Source of the DNA: an uncultured Candidatus Saccharibacteria bacterium
GTDB taxonomy: Bacteria > Patescibacteriota > Minisyncoccia > CAIUEV01 > JAHKAQ01
DNA: 54,939 nt
Direction: 5' to 3'
NCBI GenBank assembly: GCA_964618065.1
Contig: CAZTZK010000019.1
Coordinates: 1 to 54,939 of the forward strand
Of this stretch, positions 36,544 through 46,160 are shown piece by piece (within the stretch, counting starts at the first letter, position 1; each line of letters starts with the position of its first letter). Both the position numbers and the translations under genes were made by a program. The notes beneath the pieces are model-generated. The model had not been told where the DNA came from and ran no database searches. It worked only from the letters and a program-made list of their open reading frames with translations.

Positions 36544-37548
36544 ATGCTATCTAAAATAATAAAATTTTTAATTCTGATTCTAGTTTTAATTTTTGGGGGA
36601 TTAATTTTTTTGGCATTACATAAACCTCAAAATTATACGGAAGATATTGAATGGGGGGTTACTTATTCTAAGTTTTTTGCAGAAAAATCAGGGCTTGATT
36701 GGAAACAGGTCTATCTAGCCATTCTAGAAGATCTTGGCAGTAAGAGAATAAGAATTCCAGTTTATTGGCAATTTGTAGAACCGGAAGAAGGAAAATATTT
36801 TTTTGAGGATTTAGATTGGATGATGGAAGAAGCAGAAAAACATCAAACAGAAGTTATTTTGGTTGTTGGAAGGAAGGTGCCTCGTTGGCCCGAATGCCAT
36901 ATTCCTGAATGGGCTGCAGAGCTAAGTGAATCCGAGCAACAATCAAAGATCCTCGATTTAATTGAAAAAGTTGTTAAGCGTTATCATAAATCTAGAAGTC
37001 TTTCTGTTTGGCAAATTGAGAATGAACCCTTCTTAGCTTTTGGAGAATGTCCAAAGCTTGATGTTGATTTTCTAGATCAAGAAATAGCAAAAACTAAAAA
37101 TTTAGATCCTAAACATCCAATTTTAATAACGGATAGTGGGGAAATTAGTATTTGGCTTAGAGCGGCTAAAAGAGGAGATATATTTGGGACAACAATGTAT
37201 AGAATAATTTGGGATGAGCGTCTTAAGTATTTTAAGTATCCTCTTCCTCCCCATTTTTTTTGGGCAAAGGCTAATCTTGTAAATTTTTTCTTTAAGAATA
37301 AACCGATAATCGTTTGTGAGCTCCAAGGAGAATATTGGGGTCCCAAGCAATCCTATGAAACTCCAATAGAGCTTGAAATGGAACACTATTCTCTGGATGA
37401 ATTTAAAAAAAGTATGAATTATGCGGAGGCAGTAGGATTTGGCGAGGTTTATCTCTGGGGAGTTGAATGGTGGTATTGGCTTAAAGAAAAACATGGTAAT
37501 TCTGATTATTGGGAAGAAGCTAAAAAAGTATTGCAAGAATCAAATTAA
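36544..37548 (+). CDS. Membrane-anchored TIM-barrel glycoside hydrolase (clan GH-A; GH42/GH5-like)
   Basis: 334 aa. N-terminal TM anchor, IRIPVYWQFVEPEEGKYFFEDLDWMMEEA, and WQIENEPF (candidate acid/base NEP). The exact GH family is not determinable by eye. Confidence 0.55.
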   Translation: MLSKIIKFLILILVLIFGGLIFLALHKPQNYTEDIEWGVTYSKFFAEKSGLDWKQVYLAILEDLGSKRIRIPVYWQFVEPEEGKYFFEDLDWMMEEAEKHQTEVILVVGRKVPRWPECHIPEWAAELSESEQQSKILDLIEKVVKRYHKSRSLSVWQIENEPFLAFGECPKLDVDFLDQEIAKTKNLDPKHPILITDSGEISIWLRAAKRGDIFGTTMYRIIWDERLKYFKYPLPPHFFWAKANLVNFFFKNKPIIVCELQGEYWGPKQSYETPIELEMEHYSLDEFKKSMNYAEAVGFGEVYLWGVEWWYWLKEKHGNSDYWEEAKKVLQESN

Positions 37549-37566
37549 ATAATAATATTTATTATT

Positions 37567-38454
37567 ATGAAAACTACAATTGGTTTTGACATTGGAGGAT
37601 CTAGTATTAAAAGTGTTATTTACAATGATGGTAAAATAATCTTTAGATATTCTGAAAATATTCAAGGAATCAACGAAGCTTCCAAGCTGGCTAAATTAGT
37701 GGCTAAAATATTAAGCAGAATGGTTCAAGAAAAAAAAGCAGGGAGAAAAGATTCAGTGGGAATAGCTATTGCCGGAATTTTTGACAAAAAAAGAGAAATT
37801 ATGCTTAGGAGTCCTAATATTTCTTATTTAAATGGCTTAAATTTAAAGACAATATTTAAAGAACATCTAGAGCATGATTTTTTCTTAGAGAATGACGCCA
37901 ATTGTTTTTTGTTGAGAGAAAAAATTAACGGTTTAGCTAAAAATTTAGAAAATGTTTTTTGTTTAACTCTAGGAACTGGGATCGGAGGAGCAAGGCTTTT
38001 AGACAATAAGATTTATATGGGGTTCAATGGATCAGCTGGAGAGGCTGGTCATATGCTTATTGATAAAAAAGGAGAGCTTGATTTTGAAGACTTAGCTTCA
38101 GAAAAATTATTAAAAAAAGAATTAAATATTGATGCTCAAGAGGCAAAAAAATTAGCGGACTCTGGTGATCAGCAGACTTTAGCTTTATTAAAAGTCTTTG
38201 GGAGGAACTTAGGGATAGGAGTTGCCAATATTGTAAATATTTGCGATCCTCAAATTGTGATTATCGGAGGAGGATGTTCTCAGCTTAAAAACTATCTTTT
38301 ACCAGCAGTTAGAAAAGTAATGTCAGAAAAAGTTATTTCTAATTTAGCTAAAAATACGAAAGTGGCATTTGCTTGGGAGAATGAAAAATCTATTTTTTTT
38401 GGAGCAGAAGGAGCAGCTATTATGGCTCAAGAAGCAAAAAAATTCTTTAGCTAA
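37567..38454 (+). CDS. ROK-family sugar kinase (glucokinase-like)
   Basis: 295 aa. GFDIGGSSIK, ENDANC, LGTGIGGA, and GSAGEAGHM blocks. The CxCGxxGCxE zinc motif usual in ROK kinases is absent. Confidence 0.8.
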   Translation: MKTTIGFDIGGSSIKSVIYNDGKIIFRYSENIQGINEASKLAKLVAKILSRMVQEKKAGRKDSVGIAIAGIFDKKREIMLRSPNISYLNGLNLKTIFKEHLEHDFFLENDANCFLLREKINGLAKNLENVFCLTLGTGIGGARLLDNKIYMGFNGSAGEAGHMLIDKKGELDFEDLASEKLLKKELNIDAQEAKKLADSGDQQTLALLKVFGRNLGIGVANIVNICDPQIVIIGGGCSQLKNYLLPAVRKVMSEKVISNLAKNTKVAFAWENEKSIFFGAEGAAIMAQEAKKFFS

Positions 38455-38540
38455 AATAATTTAGGGAATAAAGGATTTTTAAAGATATAAAAAAATTATT
38501 TATAGGTATAATTGTCAATAGTTTTGTAAGATAAAACAAA

Positions 38541-40847
38541 ATGTCTAATAAAAAAATATTTCTTTTTATTTTAACTTATACTTTGGTATTCACCTTGCCT
38601 ATTATTGTTTTTATTTTTTCCAGAATACCCGGAGAATATGCTGATACTTATCAAGTTTGGGGTAAAACTTTAGAATTTAGAAATTTAATAGACGACGAAG
38701 GAATCCTCGGCGCAATTAATTGGCAAATTAAAAATTTTCGTTGTACTCCGATTGAAACAATAGGCTGGGTTCAAGAGATTACCAATCCTTTCATGGGATA
38801 TAATTTAGTCTGGTTGTTTTCATTTTTCTTAGCAGCTTGGGGGATGTATAAACTGGCTTATTATTTAATTAAAAGTCGTTTTGCTGCCTTAGTTGCTGGA
38901 ATAATTTTTTCTTTTTCTCCCTTTCATTTTTCTCAAGGAGTTTCTACTAATATCGGTACCATGCATTACGAGTGGATACCTTTCTTTATCTTGTATCTTT
39001 TTAAATTTCTAAGAAATTATAAACTAAAAGATTTTTTGCTTACTATTTTATTCCTAGTTTTAATTGCTCTTGCCGAGCATCAATTATTAGCTTTTACTTT
39101 AGTCCTAACTGTTATTTTAATAATAACCTTTATCTTTAAAAATTTTCGCACTCTTTTCCGGTTTAAATTTTGGTTATATGGAGTAGGAGGAATTTTTGTT
39201 TTATTGTTAGCTATAAAATTTATTTTTGGAGGACTTTTAACTGTTACCAAGTCAGGAGATAACTATCTTGATCCTGGCTCTGACCAAGTAAGGCGCTATT
39301 CAACAGATGCTATTGATTTCTTTATTCCTTCTCTGCTTAATCCTTTTTGGGGAGAAAAATTTAATTATTTGCGTGCAGATACCGAAGCTAATGAAGCAGG
39401 AAGACAATCCAATTATATTGGCTATACAGTAATGTTCTTAGCTTTGCTCTCTTTAGTGGAAGTTTTATTTACCAGAAAAAGATGGGCTATTAAGACATTT
39501 TTCTTATTTGGAGGAGTTTTCTTCGCCATATTGAGCATGGGTCCTTATTTACATTGGAAAGGAGAAGTGAATAAAGAACTTTGGATGCCTTACAGTTTTT
39601 TGTATGATCATCTTCCCTTTTGGTATATTATTCGTACGGTTAATCGTCTTTACGTGATTTCTTTGCTAGGTTTTGCTTTATCAGCTGGCTTTGGCTTAAA
39701 TTACGTTTTAAAAATGTTCAGTAACAAAAATAAAAAAGCTTTCAGGAGGAAAAAAGAATTTAGAGGAACAAATTTAGAATCTGATTCTTTAGAGCAAGGA
39801 AATAGTTTTACCCCTTCAGATAAAAATATTACGAAAGGTAGCGAGATTAATAAAAAAAGAAATTTACAATTTTATAGGGAGCAACCTCATGGCATTTTAG
39901 AAAACAAACCTCGTTTCTTCATAACAGCTATTTTTGTTTTATTGATTTCTTTAGAATATCTCTCTCTTCCTGTTCCTTCTTTTTCTCTAAATTATAGTAG
40001 TTTTTATGATAATCTGGCAGAAGAGGAAGGAAATTTTTCTATTCTAGATATTCCAGGGGCTACCAGCTATGATTATAGCTCAAAATTGATGTTCTATAAT
40101 CAGATCCATCGTAAAAATAATTTAGCGGGAATGGATTTTGCCCGAGTAGTTGAAGGAAAGTGGGATTTTCAGAAGCAAACTCCCATTTTAAATGATTTAC
40201 TCTATAGTCTTTCAACTGGGGGAACACCACCCAAAAAGGAAATTATTAATGATTACTATTACAATCTTGCAACTAAAATTTTAAATTTTTACGATATTAA
40301 ATATATTATTGTTTCTAAAGGGTATCTTGAAGATGAGAAAAAATTTGACGAAGAAGCTTATAAGAATACTCTTAATTTTATAGAAGAGGAGTTAGATGCC
40401 GATTCAGTTTATGAAGACAGCTTTCTAGTGGCTTTTAAAATTAACCCCAGCGAACATTTAGATGGTTGGTTTTTAGCTATGGATCTTAAAAATGGTAGTT
40501 GGGATATTAAAGAAGGTAAATTAGGGTCTGTTGCCCGCTGGGCTAAAGATGGAGCCAGTTTGAAATTAGTTAATATGGGAGCAGAAACTCAGAATTTAAC
40601 TTTATCTTTTCAAACCCGAATCAAAAATTTACTAAAAGTAGAAGTTTTCTTGAATGGAGTTAAACAAGACAGCCTAAAAATAAAGAAAGAGAAAGAAGAA
40701 CATTCTGTTTTGTTGGAAGAAGTTAAGCCTGGTGATAATCAAATAGTTTTTAGAATCTTTGATTTAGAAGGGAATCCTATTGAAAATTATGAATTGAAAA
40801 GAGGAGTAAAATTTTCTAATTTGAGAACTACCAGCTCAAGTAAATAA
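38541..40847 (+). CDS. Giant polytopic membrane protein with a large C-terminal extracytoplasmic domain (possible GT-C/YfhO-like glycosyltransferase)
   Basis: 768 aa. About 12 hydrophobic helices in the first 400 aa or so, a charged linker, one more TM helix, then a soluble domain of about 300 aa. Function inferred from architecture only. Confidence 0.4.
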   Translation: MSNKKIFLFILTYTLVFTLPIIVFIFSRIPGEYADTYQVWGKTLEFRNLIDDEGILGAINWQIKNFRCTPIETIGWVQEITNPFMGYNLVWLFSFFLAAWGMYKLAYYLIKSRFAALVAGIIFSFSPFHFSQGVSTNIGTMHYEWIPFFILYLFKFLRNYKLKDFLLTILFLVLIALAEHQLLAFTLVLTVILIITFIFKNFRTLFRFKFWLYGVGGIFVLLLAIKFIFGGLLTVTKSGDNYLDPGSDQVRRYSTDAIDFFIPSLLNPFWGEKFNYLRADTEANEAGRQSNYIGYTVMFLALLSLVEVLFTRKRWAIKTFFLFGGVFFAILSMGPYLHWKGEVNKELWMPYSFLYDHLPFWYIIRTVNRLYVISLLGFALSAGFGLNYVLKMFSNKNKKAFRRKKEFRGTNLESDSLEQGNSFTPSDKNITKGSEINKKRNLQFYREQPHGILENKPRFFITAIFVLLISLEYLSLPVPSFSLNYSSFYDNLAEEEGNFSILDIPGATSYDYSSKLMFYNQIHRKNNLAGMDFARVVEGKWDFQKQTPILNDLLYSLSTGGTPPKKEIINDYYYNLATKILNFYDIKYIIVSKGYLEDEKKFDEEAYKNTLNFIEEELDADSVYEDSFLVAFKINPSEHLDGWFLAMDLKNGSWDIKEGKLGSVARWAKDGASLKLVNMGAETQNLTLSFQTRIKNLLKVEVFLNGVKQDSLKIKKEKEEHSVLLEEVKPGDNQIVFRIFDLEGNPIENYELKRGVKFSNLRTTSSSK

Positions 40848-40864
40848 AATAATTTAAATTCTTC

Positions 40865-42748
40865 ATGAATTTTAAGAATAAAAAAAAGTTAATTGTTTTT
40901 ATTGTTTTATCATTCTTTGTTTTTTTAGGCGGGTATCTTAGAATTTATCGTCACGATGATTTACTTCATTTTGAATTGGACCAATCAAGAGATGCTATAG
41001 TTATTAGTGAGGCAATAGAAAAGGGGCCGGGTGAACTTCCTCTTTTAGGTCCTAGGGCAGCCGGGACTAAATTAAGACTGGGGCCTATTTTTTATTATTG
41101 TGAATATCTAAGTGCTAAATTATTTGGTAATTCTCCTGCAGGCATGAATGGCATAAGTGTTCTTCTCTCAATTCTATCCATTCCTCTTATTTACTTTTTA
41201 TCTCGGCGTTATTTTTCTTATTTAATAAGCTTTTCAATAACGGCGCTGTATTCTACTTCCTTATTTACAGTTTTTTATTCTCGCTTTGCCTGGAACCCAA
41301 ACATGCTTCTTTTCTTTATTCCCGCTTTTTTGTTTAGTTTGCTTCTTTTAGTTGACAAAAGGAAGGAAAAAATTAAACCTGTTTTTATTTATTTAGCAGC
41401 TCTTTTTTTGGGGGTTATTACCCAATTACATTTTTTGGCCTTTATAACTTTTCCAATTTTACTAATAAGTTTTTTTATTTATCGAAAACTATTACAAAAA
41501 TTTTTTCCAACTATTTGCGAAAAAGTTGGATCTTCCAAGAAAACCTTTAAAAAAGTTTTACCCCATTATTTTTTAGCAGGTTTACTTTTTTTGTCTCTCA
41601 ATGTACCTATCTTTATAAATGAGTATTTAACTAGGGGAGAAAATGCTCAGGAATTTTTTAAAGCATTTGAAAACAGAGACGAAAGAGGGAAAAAGAAACA
41701 TAATTCGTTAGATAAGCTGGTTAGAAATTCCTTAGAATATTCTCGTGGCTATCTTTTATTAATATCAGGATCCGAGGAGGCTGAAGTCCCAAAAATTAAT
41801 TTTTTTGGAAAAAAGGGAGCTTTTGATACGGCATGTGATAGGTATTGTAGAGAAAGGCTTCCTTACACTGCTATTGGGGTAATTTTTTTCTCAGGGGGAT
41901 TATTCTTTCTAATTAACAACGTTGTCAAATTATTAAAGATAAAAAAGAAAAAGCGTTCTGTTTTAAAAAAGATTGATTTTCTGGCAGTGCATTTTCTTCT
42001 TTTGGGAATTACTTTTTTTGCTTTTCTTTCGTCCGCCTATAAATTTCCTCCCCGTTTTTTGCTGATTACTTATCCAGTAGCTTTTGTCTTGTTGGGCTTA
42101 TGGCTAAAAGAAATTAGCAATCTTATTGGGAAAACAGCAAAAGGGATGAAAATGAATTTTGTTAACAAAAGAAAAGATTTCTTTAAAATAAGTTCAATTA
42201 TTTCTATAATTTTAATTCTAATTTCCCTTAATCTGTTTTTTGTGATTAAAAGATTAACTTCTCAGATAGCGGCTCACACAGAGAATCCTATTTATTTTAA
42301 AAAAGACAGAGTGTTAAAAGAAGATATCCGCTTTACTTTAATTCAGCAGAATCTAATTGTTGATTGGATTTTAGCGAATTCGGATACTGATCCTATTTTT
42401 GTTTGGGCTTCTCCTAAATATTATCGTCCTTTTATTTATCATTTAAGATATCAGAGGGATAAAAAAGAAAGCCGAATTTTTTTAGGATATAGCGCGTCTT
42501 GCAAGCAGGCGGATTATTTTGCGGTCATACAAGCCACATCTCCGAATATTTTTTTTGAGAATGGAGGAGAAAAAGCTTTTATTTCCGAAAAGAGCCAGAA
42601 ATTTGGTACTTTTACCGTTCACAAGCTTGCTATTAAAGATCCTAGCTTAATTGATGAGGAATTTTGTGATCCTTTAGAGGAGGGCCCTCCTGATGTATAC
42701 GCCAGAAGATACACTTGGGGAGAATTCTTTGATCCCAGCTCTAGATAA
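40865..42748 (+). CDS. Polytopic membrane protein, ArnT/PMT (GT39/GT83)-like GT-C glycosyltransferase candidate
   Basis: 627 aa. The first loop after TM1 carries acidic residues (HFELDQSRDA), where GT-C enzymes place their catalytic Asp/Glu. It has many TM helices and a soluble C-terminal domain. Confidence 0.45.
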   Translation: MNFKNKKKLIVFIVLSFFVFLGGYLRIYRHDDLLHFELDQSRDAIVISEAIEKGPGELPLLGPRAAGTKLRLGPIFYYCEYLSAKLFGNSPAGMNGISVLLSILSIPLIYFLSRRYFSYLISFSITALYSTSLFTVFYSRFAWNPNMLLFFIPAFLFSLLLLVDKRKEKIKPVFIYLAALFLGVITQLHFLAFITFPILLISFFIYRKLLQKFFPTICEKVGSSKKTFKKVLPHYFLAGLLFLSLNVPIFINEYLTRGENAQEFFKAFENRDERGKKKHNSLDKLVRNSLEYSRGYLLLISGSEEAEVPKINFFGKKGAFDTACDRYCRERLPYTAIGVIFFSGGLFFLINNVVKLLKIKKKKRSVLKKIDFLAVHFLLLGITFFAFLSSAYKFPPRFLLITYPVAFVLLGLWLKEISNLIGKTAKGMKMNFVNKRKDFFKISSIISIILILISLNLFFVIKRLTSQIAAHTENPIYFKKDRVLKEDIRFTLIQQNLIVDWILANSDTDPIFVWASPKYYRPFIYHLRYQRDKKESRIFLGYSASCKQADYFAVIQATSPNIFFENGGEKAFISEKSQKFGTFTVHKLAIKDPSLIDEEFCDPLEEGPPDVYARRYTWGEFFDPSSR

Positions 42749-42861
42749 TCTTGCTTGCTAATATCTCTTTCATTGTATAGAGTTAACGGATTAGATTTTT
42801 GGCTAAATTTGGAATTAGTTTTTTTTAATTCAATCAAAGATAATTTTTTAATTTAATTTTT

Positions 42862-43797
42862 ATGACTGTTAAACAAATATATCAATTGGCTATTAAGGAA
42901 GGAATTAAAAACGATTTTCGTAATTTGGATATTATTAATGAACATCTAAGAATAGCAAAGGAAAAATTTAAAAAACTTTCTAAAAACAGAAAAGCATTTT
43001 TTGATAAAGAACGTTTAAATAATCCTTTTTCAGATAGTAGAATTCATTTTGATTCAAAAAAACCGGTAAAAAAAGTTTTGGTGGGGATTGATATTACTAG
43101 CGGAGAAGTAATATTAGCAAAAGAACTAAAGGTTGATTTAATTATCGGTCATCATCCCGTCGGTTTGTCTCTACAAGGATTAGATGACGTAATGAGTCTT
43201 CAGGCAGATATTTTAGAATCTTATGGGATTCCTATTAATATTGCTGAAGGAATTTTGAAGAAAAGAATCTCTGAGGTTGCTAGAGGTATTCATTCTTCCA
43301 ACTCTTTTATCCCAGTAGACGTTGCTCGTAATTTAAAAATTAGTTTTATGAATTTACATACCCCAGCTGATAATATGGTAGCTACTTTTCTTAAAAAAAG
43401 ATTAGGCAGAGAAAAACCTTTCTATGTTAAAGATATTTTAGATTCACTAGATAAAATTCCTGAGTACCAAGAGTCTATGAGAAGAGGCTCTGCTCCTACT
43501 CTTTACTCAGGGATTCCTGAAAACAGAGTTGGAAAAATTGCGGTGACCGAAATAACGGGAGGAACAGAAGGGGATCCAAGTATTTATGAAAAAATGGCTA
43601 ATGCTGGGGTTGGAACTATAATTGCCATGCATCAATCTGAAAAACATTCATTAAAAGCCAGAAAAGCCCATATTAATGTTGTAGTAGTTCCTCATATTGC
43701 TTCTGATTCAATAGGTATGAACTTAATTTTGGATAAGATTGAGAAAAGAGGAATAAAAATATTATCCGCAGGAGGGTTTATTAGAGTAAAAAGATAA
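42862..43797 (+). CDS. NIF3-family (GTP cyclohydrolase 1 type 2-like) dinuclear-metal protein
   Basis: 311 aa. DLIIGHHPVG, MNLHTPADN, and VVPHIASDSIGMN blocks resemble the conserved His/Asp metal-ligand blocks of NIF3/YbgI. This is a moderate-confidence call. Confidence 0.5.
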   Translation: MTVKQIYQLAIKEGIKNDFRNLDIINEHLRIAKEKFKKLSKNRKAFFDKERLNNPFSDSRIHFDSKKPVKKVLVGIDITSGEVILAKELKVDLIIGHHPVGLSLQGLDDVMSLQADILESYGIPINIAEGILKKRISEVARGIHSSNSFIPVDVARNLKISFMNLHTPADNMVATFLKKRLGREKPFYVKDILDSLDKIPEYQESMRRGSAPTLYSGIPENRVGKIAVTEITGGTEGDPSIYEKMANAGVGTIIAMHQSEKHSLKARKAHINVVVVPHIASDSIGMNLILDKIEKRGIKILSAGGFIRVKR

Positions 43798-43842
43798 TAT
43801 TTTGGAAGCTTTCTATTTAAACTAAATTTAAGTTTTATTTTT

Positions 43843-45114
43843 ATGTATCAAACGAAGAAAAATAAATTAGGTCCTATTGTCATTGCCTCCCCAATTAAAG
43901 GCATAAAAACGGTAACTATTTTAGTTCTTTTTGGAATTGGTTCTAAATATGAGAATAAAGGCAATAATGGAGCGGCTCACTTTGTGGAACATATGCTATT
44001 TAAAGGAACGATTAAAAGACCCAATGCTAAAATTATTTCTGAGGATTTAGATAAAATTGGAGGTGAATATAATGCTTTTACCAGTAAAGAATATACGGGT
44101 TATTATGTAAAAGTTAATACTGATTATTTTAATTTAGCTCTGGATTGGATTTCAGATATTGTTCTTAATTCTCAATTTGACGAGGAAGAAATGAACAAAG
44201 AGAGAGGAGTAATTTTAGAGGAAATGAACATGTGTCAGGATAACCCCATGGAATATGTTGGAGAAGTTTTTGAATCGTTAGTTTATGGAAACCAACCGGC
44301 AGGTTGGGAAATTTTAGGGACTAAAAAGAACATTAAAAGTATTTCTAGAAATAAACTGTTTAATTTTAAAAAGAGGAACTATCTGCGCTCTAATTGTGTT
44401 ATTTGCTTAGCTGGAAATTTTGAAAAAGATGCTTTGGAAAAAACAATGCAGAAGTTCTCTAAATTACCTTTGGGGGAAAAACCAAGTAGATCAAAAGTCA
44501 GAGATAACCAAAAAACGCCTCGTTTTAAAATCCAGTATAAAAAAACTGATCAAAGCCATTGTATACTGGGCTTCCAAACAGTCAATCTTTTTGATAAAAG
44601 ACGTTATCCTTTAAACTTATTGGCAGTTATTCTTGGCAAAGGCATGAGCTCACGTCTTTTTTCAGAAGTTCGTGAAAAAAGAGGATTAGCCTATCATATA
44701 AGTGCTGATTCAAATATATATACTGATTCTGGGTATCTAGCTGTTCAGGCCGGTTTAGATAGTGCCAGATTTGAAGAAGCTCTTAAAGTGATTCTTCAAG
44801 AATTTTACAAGATAGCTAAAGAGAAAGTTGAGGAGGAAGAGCTAAAGAAGGCAAAAGAGTATTTGAAAGGAATGACTTCTATCTCAATGGAGTCTTCCAA
44901 TAATCAAGCTTCATATTATGGGAATCAGCAACTTCTTAAAGGAAAGATTGAAACCTTAGAGGAAAAATTTAAAATTTTAAATGAAGTAACTTCAACTGAT
45001 ATTTTAAAAGTAGCAAAAGAATTCTTGGTGCCTTCAAAATTTAACTTAGCTGTTATAAGTTCTAATAAGGATAAGAAAAAAATAGAGAAAATTATTAAAA
45101 ATTGGTATAAATAA
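43843..45114 (+). CDS. M16 (pitrilysin-family) zinc peptidase
   Basis: 423 aa. GAAHFVEHMLFKGT (the inverted HxxEH zinc motif) and a downstream E in the NKERGVILEE block. Confidence 0.85.
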   Translation: MYQTKKNKLGPIVIASPIKGIKTVTILVLFGIGSKYENKGNNGAAHFVEHMLFKGTIKRPNAKIISEDLDKIGGEYNAFTSKEYTGYYVKVNTDYFNLALDWISDIVLNSQFDEEEMNKERGVILEEMNMCQDNPMEYVGEVFESLVYGNQPAGWEILGTKKNIKSISRNKLFNFKKRNYLRSNCVICLAGNFEKDALEKTMQKFSKLPLGEKPSRSKVRDNQKTPRFKIQYKKTDQSHCILGFQTVNLFDKRRYPLNLLAVILGKGMSSRLFSEVREKRGLAYHISADSNIYTDSGYLAVQAGLDSARFEEALKVILQEFYKIAKEKVEEEELKKAKEYLKGMTSISMESSNNQASYYGNQQLLKGKIETLEEKFKILNEVTSTDILKVAKEFLVPSKFNLAVISSNKDKKKIEKIIKNWYK

Positions 45115-45122
45115 TTAGCTTA

Positions 45123-46157
45123 ATGGCAAAGACAACTCTTAATATTTCAGTAAGCAGTATTTATAGAATATTTTTTATTATTTTAGTTTTGATTTTCTTG
45201 TATTATGTAGCAGATATTTTACTGCTTATTTTTACTTCTTTTATAATTGTTTCCGCTATTTCTCCTCTAGTTGATAAATTAGAAACTAAAAAAATACCTC
45301 GTCCGGTTAGCACTATTTTTATTTATTTGAGCGTTCTTTTTGGTATTGGTTATTTATTAACACTCCTGGTTCCTCCAATAATAAGCCAAGGCCAATCTCT
45401 TTTGGAAAATTTACCTCGTTATTGGAATGAAATTGCTTCTAATCTTTGGGTAAAAAGATTTTTTAACATTGGAATAGATGCTGAATTATCCGGCGATAAA
45501 ATATTGGAAATGTTTGGAGGAGATTTTTCTTTTTCCCAAGGCTTTTTTTCTAAAGCAAGTTCTTTGATGGTCCACTTAGTCTATTTCGCAGTTATTTTCT
45601 CCCTTTCTTTTTATATGACTATTCAAAAAAATGCTTTGAAGAGAGGAATTAGTATGCTAGTTCCTAAAAAAAATAAAGAATACACAATTTACTTAGTTTC
45701 TAGGATCCAAGAAAAAATGGGACACTGGCTCCAAGGGCAGCTTTTTTTAAATGTCATTATTGGAGTTTTAACTTATTTAGCTCTTTCTTTATTAGGAGTT
45801 CCTTATGCCTTAATTCTGGCTTTAACTGCCGGATTTTTAGAATTTATTCCAAATATTGGTCCGATAATTGCAACTATTTTTACAACTATAGTAGCTTTGA
45901 CCGTCAGTCCTTTCATTGCTATTCTAGTAATAGTGATTTTTATAGTTATCCAACAATTAGAAAATCATTTTATTGTTCCTCTGGTAATGAAGAAAGCGGT
46001 TGGTTTAAATCCGGTGGTTATTATTGCGGTAATTCTTGCGGGTTTTAAATTAGGAGGACCTCTAGGAGCATTATTAGCGGTTCCTATCACTACAGCTTTT
46101 TCTGTTTTTCTTAAAGATTTTCTCAACAAAGAAAATAAAAAGTTTAATCCTTTTTAA
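45123..46157 (+). CDS. AI-2E family transporter (PerM/UPF0118)
   Basis: 344-aa polytopic ORF with the LEFIPNIGPIIA signature region. Confidence 0.75.
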   Translation: MAKTTLNISVSSIYRIFFIILVLIFLYYVADILLLIFTSFIIVSAISPLVDKLETKKIPRPVSTIFIYLSVLFGIGYLLTLLVPPIISQGQSLLENLPRYWNEIASNLWVKRFFNIGIDAELSGDKILEMFGGDFSFSQGFFSKASSLMVHLVYFAVIFSLSFYMTIQKNALKRGISMLVPKKNKEYTIYLVSRIQEKMGHWLQGQLFLNVIIGVLTYLALSLLGVPYALILALTAGFLEFIPNIGPIIATIFTTIVALTVSPFIAILVIVIFIVIQQLENHFIVPLVMKKAVGLNPVVIIAVILAGFKLGGPLGALLAVPITTAFSVFLKDFLNKENKKFNPF

Positions 46158-46160
46158 TCC

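Noticed and set aside
37077-37536. Two overlapping minus-strand ORFs (89 and 137 aa)
   Set aside because: Both lie inside and antisense to the glycoside hydrolase gene at 36544-37548, which has clear family motifs. Neither has independent support.
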